DNA of 61,395 nucleotides from an uncultured Bacilli bacterium (GTDB lineage Bacteria > Bacillota_I > Bacilli_A > RFN20 > CAG-449): contig CALVKD010000002.1 of the NCBI GenBank assembly GCA_944332525.1, positions 1 through 61,395 on the forward strand, in the 5' to 3' direction. This document shows positions 1 through 9,409 of this stretch, in pieces. A model generated the notes under the pieces. The model did no database searches. It was not told the origin of the DNA and saw nothing but the letters and a program-made list of their open reading frames with translations. How positions within the stretch are numbered: position 1 is the first letter of the stretch; every line of letters starts with the position of its first letter. A program made the translations under genes and the position numbers.

Positions 1-74
1 TTTTGTTTCTCTCCATTTAAGTATCTTTTTACCATTTCAATTTTGAATACTTCTGGATATTTATTGTTTTGCAT
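1..74 (-). CDS. partial CDS (first 24 codons, continues off the left edge): HTH protein resembling IS3-family transposase OrfA
   Basis: There is an ATG at 72-74 on the minus strand preceded by AGGAGG. The translation MQNNKYPEVFKIEMVKRYLNGEKQ resembles the KYxxEFKxxxVxxYLxGE N-terminus of IS3/IS150-group OrfA proteins. Only 24 aa are visible. Confidence 0.35.
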   Translation of the reverse strand, partial: MQNNKYPEVFKIEMVKRYLNGEKQ

Positions 75-185
75 TTAAAATAGCCTCCTTTTGAGGCTAT
101 TCTCTTCTTTATTTCTTTCTTAGTCTAGTAGGGCATATCTTTGACGCTTACATTAAGATAACATAATCCCAAAAGATAACTAAAA

Positions 186-217
186 ACAAAAAAACTACAA
201 CGCTTAAGCATTGTAGT
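186..217 (-). terminator. intrinsic terminator downstream of tRNA-Gln
   Basis: A 7-bp stem pairs ACTACAA (194-200) with TTGTAGT (211-217). On the minus strand it is followed by a U-run (A-run 188-193 on the plus strand). Confidence 0.6.
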
Positions 218-230
218 TAATCTTTATAAA

Positions 231-306
231 TGGCTGGGGAAGTAGGATTCGAACCTACGCATAACCTGGTTCAGAGCCAGGTGACTTACCGCTTGTCCAT
301 TCCCCA
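231..306 (-). tRNA. tRNA-Gln (anticodon CUG), CCA encoded
   Basis: The reverse complement reads TGGGGAATGGACAAGCGGTAAGTCACCTGGCTCTGAACCAGGTTATGCGTAGGTTCGAATCCTACTTCCCCAGCCA. The acceptor stem is TGGGGAA/TTCCCCA. The anticodon stem is CCTGG/CCAGG with loop CTCTGAA, giving anticodon CTG. The T-arm is GTAGG-TTCGAAT-CCTAC. The sequence closely resembles Bacillus tRNA-Gln. Confidence 0.93.
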
Positions 307-347
307 AGAGCAATATAAATAATATCACTTTAAGCCAAAAAATAAAG

Positions 348-533
348 TTATTTTGTTAAGAATTGATTTTTTTCACTATCGTAATAATATCCAGCATTAT
401 TAAGAATTTGATTAATCTCATCTTCGCTTTCATCTAAATCATCGCATAGTGATGATAAACTATCGTAATAATCCCGTAACTTAGTATTGATAACACTTAG
501 TAGTACCATTGGATTTTTTGGTAAATTATTCAT
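348..533 (-). CDS. DUF4250 family small protein
   Basis: This 61-aa ORF carries the signature DPMVLLSVINTKLRD...LCDDLD...Y.YD...NQF that is typical of DUF4250. Confidence 0.75.
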   Translation of the reverse strand: MNNLPKNPMVLLSVINTKLRDYYDSLSSLCDDLDESEDEINQILNNAGYYYDSEKNQFLTK

Positions 534-1665
534 AGTTTTTCTTTAAATCCTCCTTAGTTATATAAAAGAGCCGTCTTTTCCGAACTTTTGGGGCATCGTA
601 TCTTGACCACTGACTCTGTACTTTCAAATTATCCTCTAATTCCGGACCAGTTTCTGCATACTTAATATGATGCTTAATACAAGTTTTTAGTATCTCATAG
701 ATGAGTAAGCCATTAATTCCTAAGCCTTGTAGCTGTGGTTTTACACCAATTAATAACATATCAATAGTATCGTTTTTTCTTAAAGCTCTTAAGAATGGGA
801 TAAATCCCCATGGAAATAATTTGCCATGGCATTGCTTACTAGCCTTGCCAAGTGATGGAACAACAACAGCAAATCCGACAACCTCATCATTTTTATCTTT
901 AATAATCGAAATATAATCAATATTCAATAAAGGAAAAAATTCACCTAATGTATATTGCACTTGCTTTTCGTTTAATGGAACAGTTCCATATAATTCTGCA
1001 AAAGCATCGTTATATATTTTAAAAGCTGGCATTATATAAGGTTCTAATTCGCGGTGTTTTTTAACTTTAACCACTTTATACCCTTTTCTCATCACTAAAT
1101 TAGCAATTTTTTCTAATCGCGGATCCATCTCAGATGGTAAGTTTAAACAATACTCATTCCAGTCGACCATTTTTGAAAAACCGAGTTTTTCAAGATGAGT
1201 CCTATAATAAGGATAGTTATAATATGTAAAAAATAAATTGCAGCGATCAAAGCCTTCAATTAACATACCTTCTTTATCGCAATCGGTAAAGCCATTAGGT
1301 CCTTCTAAATCATAAGCCCCTTTACTTTCCATAACTTCTAAAACTTTGGAAAATAAAGCTTTTGTAACTTCAAAATCATCTATAACGTCAAATGCCCGGA
1401 ACCGTAATCTTTTTGTATTGAACTTTCTATCCGCAGGAGGATTTGTTATCACTCCGATTCTTCCAACAATTTTCTTATCTTTATAAGCTAAAAATGCAAG
1501 ATATTCACATTCTTCCAAATTTGGATTCTTTTTAGGATTAAATTCCTTCATCTCGTCGCTATAAAGAGCAGGCACAAAATATGGACAATTTTTGTAAAGT
1601 TTAATAGGAAAAGTTACAAAAGCTTTTCTAAGAGCCTTTGATGTGACTTCTTTGACTATAATCAT
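526..1665 (-). CDS. GNAT-superfamily N-acyltransferase-like protein
   Basis: I placed the start at the internal ATG at 1663-1665, which is preceded by GGAGA. The ORF-track start at 1716 has no RBS. The roughly 380-aa family has an acetyltransferase-like C-terminal half (IGVKPQLQGLGINGLL). Confidence 0.6.
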   Translation of the reverse strand: MIIVKEVTSKALRKAFVTFPIKLYKNCPYFVPALYSDEMKEFNPKKNPNLEECEYLAFLAYKDKKIVGRIGVITNPPADRKFNTKRLRFRAFDVIDDFEVTKALFSKVLEVMESKGAYDLEGPNGFTDCDKEGMLIEGFDRCNLFFTYYNYPYYRTHLEKLGFSKMVDWNEYCLNLPSEMDPRLEKIANLVMRKGYKVVKVKKHRELEPYIMPAFKIYNDAFAELYGTVPLNEKQVQYTLGEFFPLLNIDYISIIKDKNDEVVGFAVVVPSLGKASKQCHGKLFPWGFIPFLRALRKNDTIDMLLIGVKPQLQGLGINGLLIYEILKTCIKHHIKYAETGPELEDNLKVQSQWSRYDAPKVRKRRLFYITKEDLKKNYE

Positions 1666-1722
1666 AAATATCTCCAAACCCCAAACAATTATAGGCAAAA
1701 AAGTAATTTTTAACAATAATCT

Positions 1723-2142
1723 TTAAATTTTTACTTGAAAATGCTGATGGCAATTTGGACAATCGACGCCATGTTTCCCTTTTTTGTTCGGCAAACGTAT
1801 TTTTTTACTGCAATAAGGACACTCAGCTAAAACGTGAGCGTGATCATCTTTAATCAATGTTACTTTAACAGTTTTAACTTTCATCTTTTGAGATTTTTGA
1901 TACATCGACATATCTTTTCCAATCAATTTTAAAAAGAAGAAAGCGAAGCGCTGAGCTTCATTTTGTCTTTTTTCAACGTTAGTCGATAAATTTCTAAATA
2001 ATCCATAAATGAAAAACGGCAAAGCGATTCCGGCCGTTATAAAGAAATATGGATAGGAAATAAATAGCGAAATTATAAAGAGAATCGCCGCAAAAATATA
2101 ACAAACAATCGAAATGAGGTCATTTCCGTTTCTTTTCTTCAT
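1723..2142 (-). CDS. membrane protein with C-terminal zinc-ribbon
   Basis: It has two N-terminal hydrophobic helices and a C-terminal CPYC...x14...CPNC zinc-ribbon motif. An AGGT RBS is present. It lies 13 nt downstream of the J-domain gene. Confidence 0.6.
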   Translation of the reverse strand: MKKRNGNDLISIVCYIFAAILFIISLFISYPYFFITAGIALPFFIYGLFRNLSTNVEKRQNEAQRFAFFFLKLIGKDMSMYQKSQKMKVKTVKVTLIKDDHAHVLAECPYCSKKIRLPNKKGKHGVDCPNCHQHFQVKI

Positions 2143-2155
2143 ATTTACCTACTTT

Positions 2156-2773
2156 CTAAAATATAGTGCACTGAACAAGCATAAATATCAATAAGATAAT
2201 CATTACAAAACCTGTTGCTGAAATTCCAGCCTGCGAAGCTCTTTGACGTCTCTTCAATTCATCCATCTGCGCTTGATAAGATGGCAGTTTACTTTCTAAT
2301 CTCTGTTTTGAAGCAATATACACTGGATCATTTTTTAAGCGAATCGCTTGATTAATAAATTCAATCGCACCAGGTATATTATTAAATTGTTCATAGAGAG
2401 CAGAAGCATAATAATACCAGCGATGGTCGCGGTTACGAATTGCATTCATATATTGAAAAGCCATGAAGAAATTGCCTGTTCTAAGAGCTTGATCAAGGGC
2501 TTGGTAATATCTCTCATCACCAGTTGCATTTTGTGAATAAGCGGATTGAGCATATCCTTGACTTTGACTTGAGCTATATTGAGAATATGACATACCTTGA
2601 GCGCGCATCTTTTTTATTTCATCATATGCACAGTTGATTTCAACCATCTTTTTTGCTGCTTCAGGAGAAGGATTAACATCTGGATGATATTTTTTTGCTA
2701 ACGCTTTATAGGCTTTAGAAAGTTCTTCATCGCTACAATTTTCACTAACATTAAGTATTTGGTAAGGATTCAT
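2156..2773 (-). CDS. J-domain (DnaJ-like) protein with C-terminal membrane anchor
   Basis: The N-terminus is a J-domain (NPYQILNV...YKALAKKYHPDVNP). The middle is TPR-like and the C-terminus has a TM helix (FVMIILLIFMLV). I placed the start at the ATG at 2771-2773, which is preceded by GGAGG. Confidence 0.8.
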   Translation of the reverse strand: MNPYQILNVSENCSDEELSKAYKALAKKYHPDVNPSPEAAKKMVEINCAYDEIKKMRAQGMSYSQYSSSQSQGYAQSAYSQNATGDERYYQALDQALRTGNFFMAFQYMNAIRNRDHRWYYYASALYEQFNNIPGAIEFINQAIRLKNDPVYIASKQRLESKLPSYQAQMDELKRRQRASQAGISATGFVMIILLIFMLVQCTIF

Positions 2774-2982
2774 TTTAACCTCCATCAATCTAGTAAAATA
2801 GTAAAATTATTTAAACTAATTTTAAATAAAAAACAAATAATTTAATTTTTTAATATTGTTAAAATATGAATTAATATTTTAATTTATTCGCGTGATAGCG
2901 CTTACAGCTGAAATAATGATAAAAGCAACTAAAATACCTTATAACTTTGCATAAACTCGTTTACAATAACATTGTTGAAAAC

Positions 2983-3127
2983 GGTCATATAAATTCAAAG
3001 ATATGGTTTGAAAGTTTCTACCTGGTTACCGTAAATAACCAGACTATGCCAATTCAATCAATTTTTTTGGTTTTCAACATGATGGAATTGGTTTTAGAAA
3101 TAAGGCGATGTTTCTAAAACTTTTTTT
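2983..3127 (+). promoter_or_regulatory. purine riboswitch, guanine/hypoxanthine class (C74), with terminator expression platform
   Basis: The aptamer at 2983-3050 reads UAUAAAUUCAAAGAUAUGGUUUGAAAGUUUCUACCUGGUUACCGUAAAUAACCAGACUAUG. It aligns almost base-for-base with the B. subtilis xpt guanine aptamer. J3/1 is AC, the specificity C. It sits upstream of a purine permease. Confidence 0.92.
3091..3127 (+). terminator. riboswitch-controlled intrinsic terminator
   Basis: A 10-bp stem pairs GTTTTAGAAA (3091-3100) with TTTCTAAAAC (3111-3120). It is followed by TTTTTTT (3121-3127). Confidence 0.85.
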
Positions 3128-3168
3128 ATTTTCATTGACCGGGTTCATCTGAAAGAGAAAGGGAAATT

Positions 3169-4611
3169 ATGAGTTTTTCAGAATCATCATTCGCTAAAAG
3201 GCTCGATTCATTCTTCCACATCAGTGAAAGAGGATCGAAATTCTCCACCGAAATTATCGGCGGACTCACCACATTTATGGCGATGGCCTACATTCTTATG
3301 ACTAATGCTGGTATGTTCCAAGACATTCCAAATGCAACAGCATCATACAATGCCATCTACATCGCTACTGCAATCTCGGCGATTATCGGAACCGTCTTGA
3401 TTGGTCTCTTATCAAAGTTACCTCTCGCTCAAGCGTCAGGTATGGGCTTAAATGCCTTCTTCGTCTATACCGTTTGTGCAGGCTTAGGATTTACTTATGC
3501 TAATGCCTTAGTCATGGTTCTTATCGACGGCATCATTTTTATCATTTTAACCGTTACTGGTCTAAGAGAAATAATCTTTGCTTCAATTCCTGACTGCGTT
3601 AGAATTGCTATTCCTGCAGGTATTGGTTTATTCATCGCTTTCCTCGGCTTACAAAATGCTGGTATCGTCGTCGCTGATGCTTCTACAAAAGTTAATCTCG
3701 TTTCGATGAACTTCTTAAACGGCGCAACTTGGGGTGAAGTAATGCCTATCTTAGTTACATTCTTCACTATTATCATTATCGCCATCCTCTCGCATAAAGG
3801 ATTAAAAGGCGCTGTCATCATCGGTATTCTCGGTGGTGCTATTCTCTACTACATCTTAATGCTCACCGTACCTGGTGGATATGACGGATTAATTTCTAGC
3901 GGAACTTTCCAATTAGAAAATCCATTTAACGCTTTTACTGACTGGGGTACTGAATCTGTCGGTAAAGTCTTTACTGATGGCTTCAATTTCTCAGCTTGGA
4001 TTGAAGCAAATGGTGCAGGTAACTTCGTCTTAACCTTAGTTACAACTTCTATCGCTTTCTGCTTAGTTGATATGTTCGATACTTTAGGTACATTATATGG
4101 TGCTTGTGCCCGTGGTAACTTATTAACTGAAACAGGAGATATTCCTAATATTAAAGGTGCAATGCTCGCAGATGCTATTGCCACTACTACAGGTGCTATC
4201 TGCGGTACTTCAACTGTTACTACTTTCGTTGAATCCTCATCCGGTATTGCCGCTGGAGCAAGAACAGGCTTATCAAGTATGTTCACTGCTTTATGCTTCT
4301 TCGTAGCAATGTTCTTAGCTCCTATCGCTAAGCTCATTCCTACATGCGCAACTGCAGCCTGCCTTATCTATATCGGCGTCTTGATGATGAACTGCGTTAA
4401 GAACCTCGATTGGCTCCAACCAGCTGTCGCTGTTCCTTCATTCCTCACCATCGCTATGATGCCATTTACCTACTCTATTTCCTATGGTATTGCCTTTGGT
4501 TTAATTTCTTACTTATTCATCAATTTATTCTCAGGCAAGATCAAAGAAATCAAGATTGGTACTTGGGTCATCACAATCTTATTCGCCGTCATGTTCTTCA
4601 TGACTCACTAA
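3169..4611 (+). CDS. NCS2/AzgA-family purine permease (guanine/hypoxanthine permease, PbuG/PbuO-like)
   Basis: This 480-aa polytopic protein has an N-terminus (FKLxERGSxxxTEIxGGxTTFxxMAYI) and overall pattern typical of AzgA-type permeases. It is controlled by the guanine riboswitch. Confidence 0.88.
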   Translation: MSFSESSFAKRLDSFFHISERGSKFSTEIIGGLTTFMAMAYILMTNAGMFQDIPNATASYNAIYIATAISAIIGTVLIGLLSKLPLAQASGMGLNAFFVYTVCAGLGFTYANALVMVLIDGIIFIILTVTGLREIIFASIPDCVRIAIPAGIGLFIAFLGLQNAGIVVADASTKVNLVSMNFLNGATWGEVMPILVTFFTIIIIAILSHKGLKGAVIIGILGGAILYYILMLTVPGGYDGLISSGTFQLENPFNAFTDWGTESVGKVFTDGFNFSAWIEANGAGNFVLTLVTTSIAFCLVDMFDTLGTLYGACARGNLLTETGDIPNIKGAMLADAIATTTGAICGTSTVTTFVESSSGIAAGARTGLSSMFTALCFFVAMFLAPIAKLIPTCATAACLIYIGVLMMNCVKNLDWLQPAVAVPSFLTIAMMPFTYSISYGIAFGLISYLFINLFSGKIKEIKIGTWVITILFAVMFFMTH

Positions 4612-4637
4612 TAAAATTATTCATCGCCAATAATAAA

Positions 4638-4664
4638 ATCCAGTCATCATTTGGCTGGATATTT
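4638..4664. terminator. possible bidirectional terminator between the permease gene and topB
   Basis: A 6-bp stem pairs ATCCAG (4638-4643) with CTGGAT (4655-4660). It is flanked by A-rich and T-rich runs. The stem is weak. Confidence 0.4.
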
Positions 4665-6824
4665 TTATTTGTCATGATTTTTATTTGTTTCATTATTATC
4701 AAAGACAAAATGAAAATTTACATACTTATCTTTGAAATCAGCTTTTAACGTAGCTTTATATTGATTACCAGTTTTCTTAGAAACTAAATCATCGAAAGTT
4801 ATTTCACCTTTAGTAAAAATCTCTTTAGCAATCTTATTATTTATTTTTTTATTAAGAGAAGCAAAAAGGTGATTATCTTTAAAAAGGGAAAGCGAACAAG
4901 CTGAATTAACACAGCGGTATCCTTTTTCGCTGATTGCAATCGGATAAGAACAACGCGGGCATTTACAAAGGGTATGAGCTTTATCAACCTCAAATATTTT
5001 TGGAGGGAAACCAATCGCTGCATTATTATCTATTTGATTAAATAATGAGCTTATTTCTTCTTCAGCTACTTTAACCGCATCATCAATAGTAATTTCCTTA
5101 CGGTAAACTTTCTTTAATGATTTTCCAAGCAACGCTGTCTTTTTCTTGGCTAGTAGCAGATTAAGCGCAGTCAAAGTCTCAACATAATATTTTCCCATCG
5201 GTTCTAGTTTATAGGTATTATCTTTTAATGAGATATAACCCTGCTTGACCGCATTATCAATAATTGTTGATCTCGTCGCTTCAGTTCCTAATTCAATACC
5301 TTCAAAGACCGCTTTATAGTCTTCATCATCACTTTGATTATCGTCATTGTCTTTTTTCTCCAATTGTTCGCGGAAAGGATTTTTTAAAAAATTATTGAAA
5401 CTTTCAACCGAATAACGCTTTGGAGGTTTGGTTTCTTTTTCTAAAGGAGCAAAATTAATCATTACTTCATCACCTTGATTTAATTTCGGTAATATTTTCT
5501 CCTTACGTTCTCGTTCATCAAAAACCGTCCAGCCCGGAGTAATCACTGTCTCACCATTTAAGCGAAAAACTTCTCTTTTACCTAAAGATATTTCCATATT
5601 TGTCTTCGCGACAACACACATCTCCGAGGCAAAAACTGCAAAGAAACGATTAACAATTGTTTTATAGACCTGATATTCTTCTTCGCTTAAATCGCTTTTC
5701 TTAGGAATTTTATATGTCGGAGTCAAGGCTGAATGCGATTCAATTTTGCTATCGTCAAAAATAAACTTATTATCCTTAAAGTTAATTTTAACTCCGAGTT
5801 TTTGAAAAGAAGCAATAATTTCTTTAAATTTACCTTTTTCATTAGTCGCTAAATATTCCGATGGAGTACGCGGATAAGAAACATATCCTTTTTCATAAAG
5901 CGACTGAACAATTTTTAAAGAATGTTCCAAGCTCATCTTGTACTTTTTGCCTAGTACGCCTTGTAATTTACTAAGCGAAAAAAGTCTCGGTGAAGGAATT
6001 GTTTTATTTTCTAAGGAAATCTTCGTCACATAGGCTTTTTCACCATTATAAATATCTGCAAGAGTTTTAGCTTGATCTAATTCGTCGGCTTTGAATTCAA
6101 CTTTGCTAACTAATTCAACAACTTCTCCATTGGTCTTTTCTTTGCTTGAAAGAACATAATATTTTTCCTTTACAAAGTTAATAATCGACATCTCTTTATC
6201 ATAAATCGCTTTAACGATTGGTGAAATAACCCTGCCTACTCTTAAAAGGGTATGGCTTTTAATTGAAGCTAAACGGGTTAGATTAATTCCATATAACCAA
6301 TCGATATAGGTTCGAGCATAACCTTCAAAAGCCAGATTGTCATAATAAGAATCATCTTGCAGTTTACTTAACTCTTCTCCGATAGTCTTTTTAGTTTGAT
6401 CAGGCATCCATAACCGTTTAATCGGTTTACTATTTTTTATCGCGTAGGAAACAATAATTCTCACGATGATTTCACCTTCGCGATCAGAGTCCCCAGCATT
6501 GATGATCATTTCAACATCTTGACGATTTATTAAATCGCGAATAATCTTAAATTGTTTAATTATTCCATCATCGTGCGATAAACCAAAGCGAAATTTTTCT
6601 GGATAAAACGGAAGATTATCCAAAGTCCAGCGATACTTTTTTTCTTTATCGTAATCCGGAAGATATTGTTCGACATCATACAAAGTAAAAAGATGGCCAA
6701 AAGCATAGGTAATTAAATAATCACCTATTTCATAATAACCATCATTTCTTTTTTCTTTACCTTCGATAGCTGCTAATATATTTCGCGCTAAAGAAGGTTT
6801 TTCAGCAATAATCAGTTTATACAT
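4665..6824 (-). CDS. topB: DNA topoisomerase III (type IA) with C-terminal zinc-ribbon
   Basis: This 719-aa protein has a TOPRIM N-terminus (LIIAEKPS...DSDREGE) and the active-site region (YVSYPRT). The C-terminus carries CPRC...C..SC. Confidence 0.9.
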   Translation of the reverse strand: MYKLIIAEKPSLARNILAAIEGKEKRNDGYYEIGDYLITYAFGHLFTLYDVEQYLPDYDKEKKYRWTLDNLPFYPEKFRFGLSHDDGIIKQFKIIRDLINRQDVEMIINAGDSDREGEIIVRIIVSYAIKNSKPIKRLWMPDQTKKTIGEELSKLQDDSYYDNLAFEGYARTYIDWLYGINLTRLASIKSHTLLRVGRVISPIVKAIYDKEMSIINFVKEKYYVLSSKEKTNGEVVELVSKVEFKADELDQAKTLADIYNGEKAYVTKISLENKTIPSPRLFSLSKLQGVLGKKYKMSLEHSLKIVQSLYEKGYVSYPRTPSEYLATNEKGKFKEIIASFQKLGVKINFKDNKFIFDDSKIESHSALTPTYKIPKKSDLSEEEYQVYKTIVNRFFAVFASEMCVVAKTNMEISLGKREVFRLNGETVITPGWTVFDERERKEKILPKLNQGDEVMINFAPLEKETKPPKRYSVESFNNFLKNPFREQLEKKDNDDNQSDDEDYKAVFEGIELGTEATRSTIIDNAVKQGYISLKDNTYKLEPMGKYYVETLTALNLLLAKKKTALLGKSLKKVYRKEITIDDAVKVAEEEISSLFNQIDNNAAIGFPPKIFEVDKAHTLCKCPRCSYPIAISEKGYRCVNSACSLSLFKDNHLFASLNKKINNKIAKEIFTKGEITFDDLVSKKTGNQYKATLKADFKDKYVNFHFVFDNNETNKNHDK

Positions 6825-6844
6825 ATTAATAATTATAACGCATT

Positions 6845-7384
6845 TTAACGATAAACAATTAATGTCCGAACATTATCATAGACTCTTTTCATCAAATCAT
6901 CTTTTGTAATGACATAATAAAGGAAGAATTTTTTATTATTATTTAAGAAATGTTTAAAATGCAATTTTAGAAGAACTACTTCATCGACTTTAATGCCGCT
7001 GAGGCGTTCATTTTCATAGAGGATCATAAAATCTTTGTGATGATGATGCGTGGTAAAATTGATTTTATATTCTTTTTGATGGAAGGAAAAACCCTCATTA
7101 AAAGCAATTCTTTCCAAATTATCGGCATTATCGAAATCACGATATACAACTTTTCCTTTCATATCTTTTAGTGAAATAAAAAAGTATAGTAACCCTTTAG
7201 GAGGGAGATAAACTGAATTAATTTTTTCACGGATATCGCTAAGATTAATTTGACAAACGAAAAAGTCATCGTCTTGATAAGAATTATCCATTTGATAAAA
7301 ATCTGGGTCACCAAAAAAACAGCTGCGTCCAAGCGGCGAAACTTTCTTTTGTTTTTTTAGTTCAAGGCAAAGATATGTTTTCAT
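6845..7384 (-). CDS. YwqG/DUF1963-like protein
   Basis: This 179-aa protein has the pattern FFGDPDF...CQINLSD...LPPKGLLYFF, which resembles the DUF1963 core. The assignment is tentative. Confidence 0.45.
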   Translation of the reverse strand: MKTYLCLELKKQKKVSPLGRSCFFGDPDFYQMDNSYQDDDFFVCQINLSDIREKINSVYLPPKGLLYFFISLKDMKGKVVYRDFDNADNLERIAFNEGFSFHQKEYKINFTTHHHHKDFMILYENERLSGIKVDEVVLLKLHFKHFLNNNKKFFLYYVITKDDLMKRVYDNVRTLIVYR

Positions 7385-9334
7385 CTATTTCACCATCCAA
7401 TAATTTGCAAATTCGTGAGTGTCAAAATAATTAGAAGTCATGATTAAATCAAGATGAGCTTGTTTAGAAAGAATTTTTCTAGTTTCACTTAGAAACTGAT
7501 TTTTATCTTGACCTGACTTGAATTTACGATAAATTGTCTCTCCATCTAAAGATAAATAAAATTCATTAAAGCAAACCGATAATTCATCAGAATAAAAGGA
7601 ATAGACACCATCTTCACTCTTATTAAAAAGCGATTCACCGAGATGAAATGTTGGATTGTAGTCCACATTTAATAAATCTAGCATAGTCGGTAATAAATCG
7701 TAAGGGGAGGAAAAGATTTCGTAGCAATTTGTACCATATTTACTGAAATATGTTTCTTCTAACAAGGGATTTTTCAAAAATAAAGTTGTCGTATAGATAT
7801 CGCTATAGAGTTTATCTTCGCGGTTAGCTAAAAGCTGATTAAGGCATTCACCATCATTTCCCGGATAATAAATATCGTGATCACCAAACAAAATAAATAA
7901 TGTGTCATCCATTTTTCCGGCTTCTTCAAAGCTTTGAAAAAGATTTCCTAAAGCTTTATCAAAATCCATTGCGCTCATCATATAAATATCGATACAAGAA
8001 GCATTAATCGGGCTTGTTTCCTCTAATGGATTTATAAAGAGATCGTTTTCTTTTGCATAATTTAATTTTTCACCATATTTTTGATATAATTCATCAGCGT
8101 TCTTACGGTCTGAATACGGTCCATGCATGGATAGAGATGTATAAAACGCATAAAATGGCTCATCGCTATTTAAGAGAACATCGCTCACCAATGGTAATGT
8201 ATCGCAATCAGAAATATAATCGCCGTCCCAAGACCAAATCGGATAATCTTCACCATATAAATCTTCATGAAAATAACAGTGTTCAAAACCTAATTTAGGC
8301 ATTAATATCTCGCGGTCGTAAATATCTCTGTCCATACCTGGTAGTGAACTAGTATCATGAAAATAATATGTTTCATAATCATCTTTTAATATTTCTGTAG
8401 CAGAATAAGGCAAATTATAACTATAGCGTTCAGGTAAAATACCTATTGATGGAGCAGATCCGGTTATGCCGATAAATTCTGTCATATTAGTCTTATTTTT
8501 AGAATAATTGTTCATGCAATAAATCGCATCTTTCGTTAATTGATACATATTCGGAGTTAAATATTCATTAATCATGAAATCATCACCTGTTTCAATCATA
8601 ATTGTAAAAACATTTTTTCCTTCAAGTAATCCGGTAAAATCATTTTCACGTTGTTTTTCCTGAGTAAAAAAATCTTTCATCGATTCTTCTGACGGCAATT
8701 TTTCTCCAAAAAGCAAATAGCTTATCTCTTGTAAATAGTAAGAATATGTTCCGTACTCAGAATAATTATGGCTCCGAAGAACAGATATAATCGAATCCCC
8801 ATAAAAATCATTAAGAACATTTTTAATTGTCCCAAAAGATAAAGTATAAACGGCCGCCATGGTCATAACCGGCAGCAAGGCTAGAGATTTACTTAATTTC
8901 GGATAATTCTTCTTTCGAAAAAAGAAGTTAATTAAAATTAAGCAAATAATGCTAAGAACATATAGTGATACAATTACTGCGATAAAAGTAAAATCGAAGT
9001 AATCAGGATTATTGATGACGCTCATACCTTGAGAGGCAATAGCTAAATTATAGAGAGAAAAAATTGCTCCGAAATTTTTATAAAATGTTCCGTTAGCCAC
9101 AACTAAAACGGCAGTTACTAAATTCAAAACGCTTAAATATACGATATCTAAATAACTTTTTTTGAAAAAGAAGATGACAGAGGCAAAAGCAAGCGATAAA
9201 AGAAAATCTAGAATAAAATAAGATGGCAAAAATAATCCGAACATCTTTTCAAAAATAATTACTTGAAATATTAGAAAAAACACTAAATAACAAAGTATTT
9301 CAGCAAATTTTTTGACATTTAAAAACGCTTTCAT
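7385..9334 (-). CDS. LTA-synthase-family (LtaS-like sulfatase/phosphoglycerol transferase) membrane protein, paralog 1
   Basis: It has five or so N-terminal TM helices and an extracellular alkaline-phosphatase-superfamily domain. The LtaS-like metal and nucleophile motifs are IMIETGDD, KNKTNMTEF and FGDHD. Confidence 0.75.
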   Translation of the reverse strand: MKAFLNVKKFAEILCYLVFFLIFQVIIFEKMFGLFLPSYFILDFLLSLAFASVIFFFKKSYLDIVYLSVLNLVTAVLVVANGTFYKNFGAIFSLYNLAIASQGMSVINNPDYFDFTFIAVIVSLYVLSIICLILINFFFRKKNYPKLSKSLALLPVMTMAAVYTLSFGTIKNVLNDFYGDSIISVLRSHNYSEYGTYSYYLQEISYLLFGEKLPSEESMKDFFTQEKQRENDFTGLLEGKNVFTIMIETGDDFMINEYLTPNMYQLTKDAIYCMNNYSKNKTNMTEFIGITGSAPSIGILPERYSYNLPYSATEILKDDYETYYFHDTSSLPGMDRDIYDREILMPKLGFEHCYFHEDLYGEDYPIWSWDGDYISDCDTLPLVSDVLLNSDEPFYAFYTSLSMHGPYSDRKNADELYQKYGEKLNYAKENDLFINPLEETSPINASCIDIYMMSAMDFDKALGNLFQSFEEAGKMDDTLFILFGDHDIYYPGNDGECLNQLLANREDKLYSDIYTTTLFLKNPLLEETYFSKYGTNCYEIFSSPYDLLPTMLDLLNVDYNPTFHLGESLFNKSEDGVYSFYSDELSVCFNEFYLSLDGETIYRKFKSGQDKNQFLSETRKILSKQAHLDLIMTSNYFDTHEFANYWMVK

Positions 9335-9409
9335 AATCCCTCTTTATATTAAGATATTATATATAAATTTATTTTTTTTGATAAGTACTCTTTATCAATT
9401 TGAATTATT

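Noticed and set aside
3495-4337. Antisense ORFs of 108 and 162 aa inside the purine permease gene, and similar shadow ORFs at 701-916, 8053-8298, 9457-9687, 18842-19027, 22784-23026, 28441-28686, 31558-31836, 32188-32454, 33078-33467, 38933-39190, 40489-40940, 42876-48777, 50798-51034, 55647-55874, 56427-56642 and 58432-58635
   Set aside because: Each lies fully inside a longer ORF with clear family motifs on the opposite strand or in another frame. They lack RBSs and have skewed composition.
4410-4748. 112-aa plus-strand ORF overlapping the permease 3' end and the topB 3' end
   Set aside because: It is out of frame within the permease gene, runs through the terminator region, and has no RBS or recognisable motif.
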